Below, piece after piece: positions 35,026 to 40,000 of a stretch of DNA of 40,000 bases. Source of the stretch: Anaerolineaceae bacterium (lineage in GTDB: Bacteria; Chloroflexota; Anaerolineae; Aggregatilineales; Phototrophicaceae); contig JACKCF010000002.1 of assembly GCA_020634165.1 (NCBI GenBank), positions 17,767 through 57,766 of the forward strand, given 5' to 3'. The position numbers were made by a program, and so were the translations under genes. The notes under the pieces are model-generated. The model worked only from the letters and a program-made list of their open reading frames with translations. It had not been told where the DNA came from and did not search any database. Positions within the stretch are counted from its first letter, which is position 1, and every line of letters starts with the position of its first letter.

Positions 35026-35694
35026 TTACTGATAATGTAGTGGATCCTTGATCCCCACATCGTGAAAGGCTTTCAGTCGTTCAGCACATGTAGGACAGTT
35101 TCCACAAGCTAAATCTTCGCCTCTATAACAAGACCAAGTTTTACTATAATCTACTCCAATCTTTAATCCAATCTGCAGAATATCTGTTTTTGTGAAATTG
35201 ACAAACGGTGCTCTGATAAGAATTTGATTTGGCTGCAAATCGTAAACGGCATTTACTCTAGACGTGAATTCAGATGTCGTATCCCAATAACCATAGATAT
35301 CGTGTTTCTGAGCACCATAAAAAACTTCTTGCACTCCTAGTGTCTCTGCCCATGCAATTGCAAGTGATAGAAATATCATGTTTCGATTAGGTACATAGGT
35401 CGAAGGCGGTACTTCTTTGGAGACATGTGTTGCTGAAGGAATCTCCATATCTTTATTGACCAAAGAAGACTTGAGCCATAGATCCTGAAGAGGTGATAGA
35501 TCAACAATCATATGGAGTAACCCAAGAGATTGGGTGTGCATTTGAGCAAATCGCACCTCCTTGTTATGACGTTGACCATACTTGAATGTAATAACTGCAG
35601 GGATTCGCTTTCTTTCATGCAAGTAATACAGCAATGTTGTGCTGTCAAATCCACCGCTTAATATCACAACCGAATCAGACCTACCTTCATTCAT
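35026..35694 (-). CDS. queC: 7-cyano-7-deazaguanine (preQ0) synthase QueC (divergent)
   Basis: PP-loop VVILSGGFDSTT, YVPNRN and the C-terminal Zn cluster CYRGEDLACGNCPTCAERL. It has YWDTTSEF where canonical QueC has YPDCRPEF. Confidence 0.85.
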   Translation of the reverse strand: MNEGRSDSVVILSGGFDSTTLLYYLHERKRIPAVITFKYGQRHNKEVRFAQMHTQSLGLLHMIVDLSPLQDLWLKSSLVNKDMEIPSATHVSKEVPPSTYVPNRNMIFLSLAIAWAETLGVQEVFYGAQKHDIYGYWDTTSEFTSRVNAVYDLQPNQILIRAPFVNFTKTDILQIGLKIGVDYSKTWSCYRGEDLACGNCPTCAERLKAFHDVGIKDPLHYQ

Positions 35695-35868
35695 ACGCTT
35701 ATATTTCCCAAATTCCTAACACCATACTTGTATATGAAATAGTAACTAATTGTACACACTAAAAATAGCTACTAAAAATCGACCTTGACTTAGCGCTTGT
35801 AGGTAAACACTGCGCCTTTGCATCCCTGTCTAATATCCTACTCGCCCATTCGTTAAAATCATGCCTTT

Positions 35869-36420
35869 GCTGCCTTTCTCATTGCACAGTACCACGCCAC
35901 CCCACAGCCTCATACCTGTAGACAGGTACGGCTACGGGTTTGCTTCTGGCTTGTGCCGTTTCACTCATAGCAAACCCGTGCCGTCCTTCGGATGGGCTGT
36001 GGGGAACCCCGACGTGGTATGGCCTGTGCAGAAAGGCAGCTTAACAAAAGCATATTCGGATTACCGACTGGACGGTGTTTCGTTAGCCAGGTCTCGTTTG
36101 CTCGAAAGGGCGCGTTGTAATCCCCGGAGCCTCTGTGCTCCGACGGTCTCCTGTAGACGGTCGCTCTGATCCGATATGCCATCCCTGCCCTCAACAGTCC
36201 GGTTGAGCGGTGCTATAGCGGTCGTGGATGCTGGTGAATTGTGATATTCACCAGACTGGAAGGGTCAACGTCTCGAGGTTTTCGTTCGTGCGAAGCCGGG
36301 GCGCATCCAGGCTGTGAACAACGGTCAAGCGCAGAATTACATCTGAGCTTGTCTCGCACCGATAGGCGGTAGACAACAGATTTTTCACTACTCACGCTCA
36401 TCACGATCTACGGATTGTGG
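35869..36420. other. GC-rich, ORF-poor, highly self-complementary non-coding region (candidate large structured RNA or ssDNA-active element)
   Basis: Nested colinear helices: 35869-79/36030-40 (11 bp), 35884-89/36024-29, 35891-96/36013-18 and 35900-09/35995-36004 (10 bp). These enclose hairpins 35914-27 and 35934-79. A second domain is closed by 36050-61/36169-79, with hairpins at 36125-42, 36190-207 and 36231-54. Confidence 0.45.
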
Positions 36421-36470
36421 TGGGCGTTTTTGCTTACCCACACACCATTTCACCTTTCAGGAGGTGCGAT

Positions 36471-37355
36471 ATGATCGAAATCACGATCCACACAGATGGC
36501 TCGTGCCAGACGCAGACGCACAGCGGTGGCTGGGCAGCGGTGCTGATGAGTGGCACCCATCGTATGGTTCTCAGCGGCAGCGCTGAGGAGACAACTGTCA
36601 ATGCAATGGAATTGATGGCAGCAGTGAACGGACTGAAAGCGCTCAAGAGAGCGAACCAGACCGTCATGCTGGTGACCGACTCGCAGTATGTAACGCGCGG
36701 CGTAAACGAGTGGTTGTCCGCTTGGATCGAACGCGGCTGGCTGACAACGAACAAGAATCCAGTAGCGAACCGCAATCTGTGGGAGCAGATGAACGGACTG
36801 CTGGCACAACACCATGTCACAGTGATGTGGGTACCGCGTGAGCAGAACATCGAAGCAGATGGGCTAGCTCAGGAAGCGCGGCTCAATCACGGATTAACCG
36901 CGACGAAAGCAGTGCAGACGATCACACACCTGATGATCGCAGGATCACGCACAGCCACATCGCAAATGCTGGCCTATGCCCGCCGTGCAGTGCGTCGCGC
37001 TCACGACCGCGGTTACACGGTGATCGTTGGGGACAACCCAAAAGGCGTGGATATGGCGGTGATACGTGAGTGCCGTCGCTTGAAAACACCCGTGATTGTG
37101 GCGGGTCCGAGCAACTTTCCGCGCAACGGCGGCTGCAAGCACGGGCAATATGTGATGGTTCATCCCGACACATACTCTGCGGCCAATGGGCGCAGGCTCA
37201 ATCGTTACACAGTACGGGATCGCTGGTTGGCAGACACGGCTCAGATTGGTCTGTTTATCTGGAATGGTGCAAGTCCCGGTACGAAGGCTGGGTTTGATTA
37301 TATGATCGGGCGCAACAAGGATGCCCACCTGATTAATTTCGGTGCGGAGGTGTAA
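36471..37355 (+). CDS. RNase HI domain fused to a SLOG/DUF2493-like (DprA-related) C-terminal domain
   Basis: RNase H DEDD residues in the contexts HTDGSC, AMELMA, VTDSQY and NIEADGLA. The C-terminal half IVGDNPKGVDMAV...PVIVAG resembles SLOG/DUF2493. The RBS caggagg precedes the ATG at 36471, so the track start at 36417 is unlikely. Confidence 0.75.
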   Translation: MIEITIHTDGSCQTQTHSGGWAAVLMSGTHRMVLSGSAEETTVNAMELMAAVNGLKALKRANQTVMLVTDSQYVTRGVNEWLSAWIERGWLTTNKNPVANRNLWEQMNGLLAQHHVTVMWVPREQNIEADGLAQEARLNHGLTATKAVQTITHLMIAGSRTATSQMLAYARRAVRRAHDRGYTVIVGDNPKGVDMAVIRECRRLKTPVIVAGPSNFPRNGGCKHGQYVMVHPDTYSAANGRRLNRYTVRDRWLADTAQIGLFIWNGASPGTKAGFDYMIGRNKDAHLINFGAEV

Positions 37356-37357
37356 CC

Positions 37358-38833
37358 ATGAGTGAACATATCATCCCGACTGGGATGCAGATTGTCGCGA
37401 CAGGCACGGGCGAAGCTGAGACGGCTGCCCCAGGCATTCTTGTAGAGATGAGTCAGCACAATGCATCGGACACGCCATGGTTCTGGCTGCGCGGCGATAC
37501 CTACCCGCACCGCGAGCTACTCAAACGCTGGGGCTGTCGCTGGAGCAAAAAGCGCAAGTCATGGTACTACATCGGGGAACAACTTCCCGCTGCGGTGCAG
37601 CAGCTCATCGAGCAGATAAACATGCGGTCAGGCGAAACTGTTCCGGTCGACGATCAAAATCCATGTTCAGTAGAAAACGCGGTACAAGAAACACCAGTCG
37701 CGTCAGATGAAGCGCCACGCCTGTTCGACATGGGCGAAGCGGTTTACGCACGACACGAACTGGAGATGCCTGACGGTCGGTCAGTGCCCACTGGCACGCA
37801 CGGAACGATCATACGTCTGTATAACCGCAATCCGACGCATGGTTGGAGCTATGATGTGGACTTTGTGGGAATCGGAATTGGCTGGTTCTTCGAGCGTGAG
37901 CTGAGCAACCTCGAACCCACACCGGGAATCCGCATCACACGAGGGAGCGTGGTGCCAGCAGGAACCGTTCCACCGCCAACGGATGCCGAGATCAAGAGTG
38001 CTCTGATAGACGGTGGATATCAGCCGGAAGCAGTCGTAACTCAGGCCGAAAAGCCGTCCGTATCCCAATCTGATGAAGTTGCCGCCGAGTTGGACACCAT
38101 TGAGCCAAAAATCCGCATTATCAAACCTGTGCTGGATTTGCCTGACGGGGCTGAACCCGATCCGGTGATCGCAGCAGTCCGTGAGATGAAATCCGCAACT
38201 TTGCCTGTCTTCCAGACCACATCGTCAATAAATGGCAAACGCAATCTCGTTCGCATTCCGCAATCCCCCTGCGGAGAGCTGACAGGTAGCATCACGGGCA
38301 GCGTGTGGTGTTATGGCTATGCCGTGCATGAGGGCATCTGTGTGTACGTGAATTGTGGAGGGCCGAGAATGGCTGTCGAGGCGATTCGCGCGAAGCTTGC
38401 CAAAGGCGACATCGTGAATTGTGTGCCGATGGATGCGCCTGCGATTGAGCTGACGGCGGGTGAAGGCAACACGGGCATGTACACCGCCTTCATGCAGAAC
38501 ATCCCCGAAGCGAAGTTCACCAGCCTGATTCTGGTGCATGAGATGCTGACGCAGCCCAACTATGGCGGCAAATCGATCACATTTATGGTGCATGAATCCG
38601 ATGAGCAGGCCATGATCCAACTGCGCCATCACATCACGAAGCTGGTGAAAGTACCCGTTTTCATGGAATGGACGAGCTATCTGTGGCACACGGGACAGGC
38701 CGCGAAGCTGCTGCGACCAACGCGCACAGGCGGCGACATCAAACTATGGACGGTTGATCTGGATGCCGATGCATGGACACGGCTGATTACAGGTGGATTG
38801 GCTCAAGAGATTATTGATCTACCTGAAAGGTGA
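37358..38833 (+). CDS. hypothetical protein (491 aa), translationally coupled to the RNase H-SLOG gene
   Basis: The N-terminal WFWLRGDTYPHRELLKRWGCRWSKKRKSWYY resembles the small module at the N-termini of some plasmid/phage primase-type proteins (DUF5710-like, from memory). A middle SH3-like segment reads GTHGTIIRLYN...YDVDFVGIG. The C-terminal ~250 aa are unassigned. Confidence 0.6.
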   Translation: MSEHIIPTGMQIVATGTGEAETAAPGILVEMSQHNASDTPWFWLRGDTYPHRELLKRWGCRWSKKRKSWYYIGEQLPAAVQQLIEQINMRSGETVPVDDQNPCSVENAVQETPVASDEAPRLFDMGEAVYARHELEMPDGRSVPTGTHGTIIRLYNRNPTHGWSYDVDFVGIGIGWFFERELSNLEPTPGIRITRGSVVPAGTVPPPTDAEIKSALIDGGYQPEAVVTQAEKPSVSQSDEVAAELDTIEPKIRIIKPVLDLPDGAEPDPVIAAVREMKSATLPVFQTTSSINGKRNLVRIPQSPCGELTGSITGSVWCYGYAVHEGICVYVNCGGPRMAVEAIRAKLAKGDIVNCVPMDAPAIELTAGEGNTGMYTAFMQNIPEAKFTSLILVHEMLTQPNYGGKSITFMVHESDEQAMIQLRHHITKLVKVPVFMEWTSYLWHTGQAAKLLRPTRTGGDIKLWTVDLDADAWTRLITGGLAQEIIDLPER

Positions 38834-38945
38834 AGTATTTCATGCGGTTGACAATCCTCCGTTCGACATAATACAATTGCCACGAAGGTTCACAATAGGC
38901 TTCTACGTGTTTTTGAGGGCAGGCCTCTATCCTCTGAGTGAGATT

Positions 38946-39947
38946 ATGACAACTGTTAAAAACCAGCATTTTGTGCCTCAGTTCTATCTAAGACAATTTG
39001 CAAACTCACAGTCACAAGTAAATGTCTTTGACAAATTGCAACAGAAAACGTTTCGAGCAAACATCGCAGATGTTGGTAGCGCTCGATACTTTTATGACCT
39101 TTCACAGGAGCAGGTTGCCTCATTTGAAGCTCAAATCGAAAAAAAGAAAGAAAACGGTGAGCTAGATCCTGCGATTGAGGACGAAGTCCGCGCACGCATG
39201 ACTAATGTACAGTGGGTAGAACAGAAACTCAGTACATGGGAACATCGATTTGCAAATGTTTTGAATGATGTAATCATGACGCTCGAAAAGCGACGACGTT
39301 TCAAAAAACGATTCCGAAGCAACATTGCACAACTTGTTGCATTACAATACTGGCGAACATATGAACGTCGTCAAGGTATGATGGAGTTCGATAGAAAATT
39401 GGAAACCGAAGTAATGAAGCTTGTCAACCGGATGAATGAGGTCAAGCAAACTAACTTCACTGCAGAAGATTTAGGAATTGCATACGATCCTGATAGGACG
39501 GCAGATCGTCATAAGATGATTATGCTTGACACCGAAATCTTGAATGAGACTGCCAATATATTTAACAGTCACATATGGGTGATTGGTGTGAATGATACCA
39601 AAGTCCCGTTATATACGTCTGATAATCCTGTGACACAGCGAGCACATAAAACAGATGATTGGCGGAGTAATACAGGCATTGCCTCTCCTGGAATAGAAAT
39701 TTTCTTCCCTTTAAGCCCTAAGTATGTGCTCAAAATGTTTGAGAGAAGCTATTTCCATACTATGGAATCATATGATGGGCGATTGATCTATCTCAAAGAA
39801 GAGAACATCGTCTACAACAACAGCCATCAAGTACAGTCTGCATATAGACAAATATATAGCCCCACAAGTGATTTTCAGCTGATTGAGCAGATGCTCGCAG
39901 AAGAACCAGAAATCGCGGAGCCGAAAACACGTTTCAACGTCGGTTAA
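38946..39947 (+). CDS. DUF4238 domain-containing protein
   Basis: The N-terminus MTTVKNQHFVPQFYLRQFAN carries the HFVPQFYL signature of DUF4238. AT-rich relative to the preceding genes. I prefer the ATG at 38946 to the track start at 38793, which overlaps the previous gene. Confidence 0.75.
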   Translation: MTTVKNQHFVPQFYLRQFANSQSQVNVFDKLQQKTFRANIADVGSARYFYDLSQEQVASFEAQIEKKKENGELDPAIEDEVRARMTNVQWVEQKLSTWEHRFANVLNDVIMTLEKRRRFKKRFRSNIAQLVALQYWRTYERRQGMMEFDRKLETEVMKLVNRMNEVKQTNFTAEDLGIAYDPDRTADRHKMIMLDTEILNETANIFNSHIWVIGVNDTKVPLYTSDNPVTQRAHKTDDWRSNTGIASPGIEIFFPLSPKYVLKMFERSYFHTMESYDGRLIYLKEENIVYNNSHQVQSAYRQIYSPTSDFQLIEQMLAEEPEIAEPKTRFNVG

Positions 39948-39966
39948 GTCACAATCACTAGAATGG

Positions 39967-39997
39967 AAAGCCATATCGCGTAACGGTATGGCTTTTT
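39967..39997 (+). terminator. rho-independent terminator after the DUF4238 gene
   Basis: aaagccata (39967-39975) pairs with tatggcttt (39987-39995), followed by a T-run. The loop is 11 nt. Confidence 0.6.
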
Positions 39998-40000
39998 GAT

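Larger units (their letters stand above)
7974..40000. mobile_element. putative integrated mobilizable/conjugative-type element with defence cargo; boundaries not defined (right end beyond window)
   Basis: Contains an ImmR/ImmA-like module, ssb, an RHH protein plus a relaxase-like protein, a T4 coupling protein, HU and alternating GC-rich/AT-rich blocks. No integrase, tRNA or att repeats seen, so the extent is a guess. Confidence 0.35.

Noticed and set aside
35695-35820. Possible preQ1 riboswitch in the leader of queC (minus strand)
   Set aside because: The reverse-complemented leader lacks the preQ1-I pattern, a short stem followed by an ACCC-type segment and an A-rich tail ending near the RBS. 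It is simply AT-rich promoter-like sequence.
35861-36404. Short ORFs 35861-36169 (+), 35961-36194 (-) and 36213-36404 (-) in the queC/RNase H intergenic region
   Set aside because: They overlap one another on both strands, lack RBSs and protein-like composition, and coincide with extensive base-pairing. They are more likely chance ORFs in a GC-rich structured region.
35850-36420. Tested by eye whether the structured region is RNase P RNA, tmRNA or an ORF-less group II intron
   Set aside because: There is no GAGGAAAGUCCGGGC-type RNase P core and no tmRNA termini or tag reading frame. The one domain-V-like hairpin (35906-35933) has the wrong helix lengths around the bulge and a non-GNRA loop. 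A covariance-model search is needed for a firm answer.
1-40000. Scan for CRISPR arrays, rRNA/tRNA genes, integrase/transposase genes and terminal att-type direct repeats
   Set aside because: I saw no regularly spaced repeats, tRNA cloverleaf candidates, or recombinase or transposase motifs by eye. Element boundaries therefore remain undefined. tRNAscan, Infernal and repeat finders should confirm this.

Overview
Bacterial window; the taxon cannot be determined from the sequence alone. The first ~8 kb is an ordinary rhamnoside-utilisation locus: two sugar ABC permeases, a solute-binding protein, a LacI regulator whose palindromic operator occurs in both flanking promoters, a GH78 alpha-L-rhamnosidase and a tandem class II aldolase. 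From ~7.97 kb to the end lies a mosaic accessory region that looks like a mobilizable element. GC-rich backbone segments carry ssb, an RHH protein, a relaxase-like protein, a T4 coupling protein, HU, imuA-imuB-dnaE2, an RNase H-SLOG fusion and a 491-aa protein. These are interleaved with AT-rich cargo blocks: (i) an XRE/ImmA-like regulatory operon that also encodes a SAM methyltransferase and a polytopic membrane protein; (ii) a two-gene ABC-3C-type defence system (DUF3732-like ATPase plus a Cap4-like nuclease fused to a middle-component-like tail); (iii) the most interesting block, 25.5-35.7 kb, a compact non-canonical 7-deazaguanine (Dpd-like) island; (iv) a DUF4238 gene. The Dpd-like island encodes a diadenylate-cyclase-like protein with an altered catalytic motif, a TGT/DpdA-like transglycosylase fused to an ArcS-type domain, a 1285-aa DEAH helicase with a DUF1998-like tail, a PLD nuclease, a nucleoside 2-deoxyribosyltransferase, YhhQ and QueC. 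Two GC-rich, ORF-poor regions with extensive self-complementarity lie upstream of ssb and of the RNase H gene and share an 11-mer at a hairpin apex. I found no rRNA, tRNA, CRISPR array, integrase or transposase.
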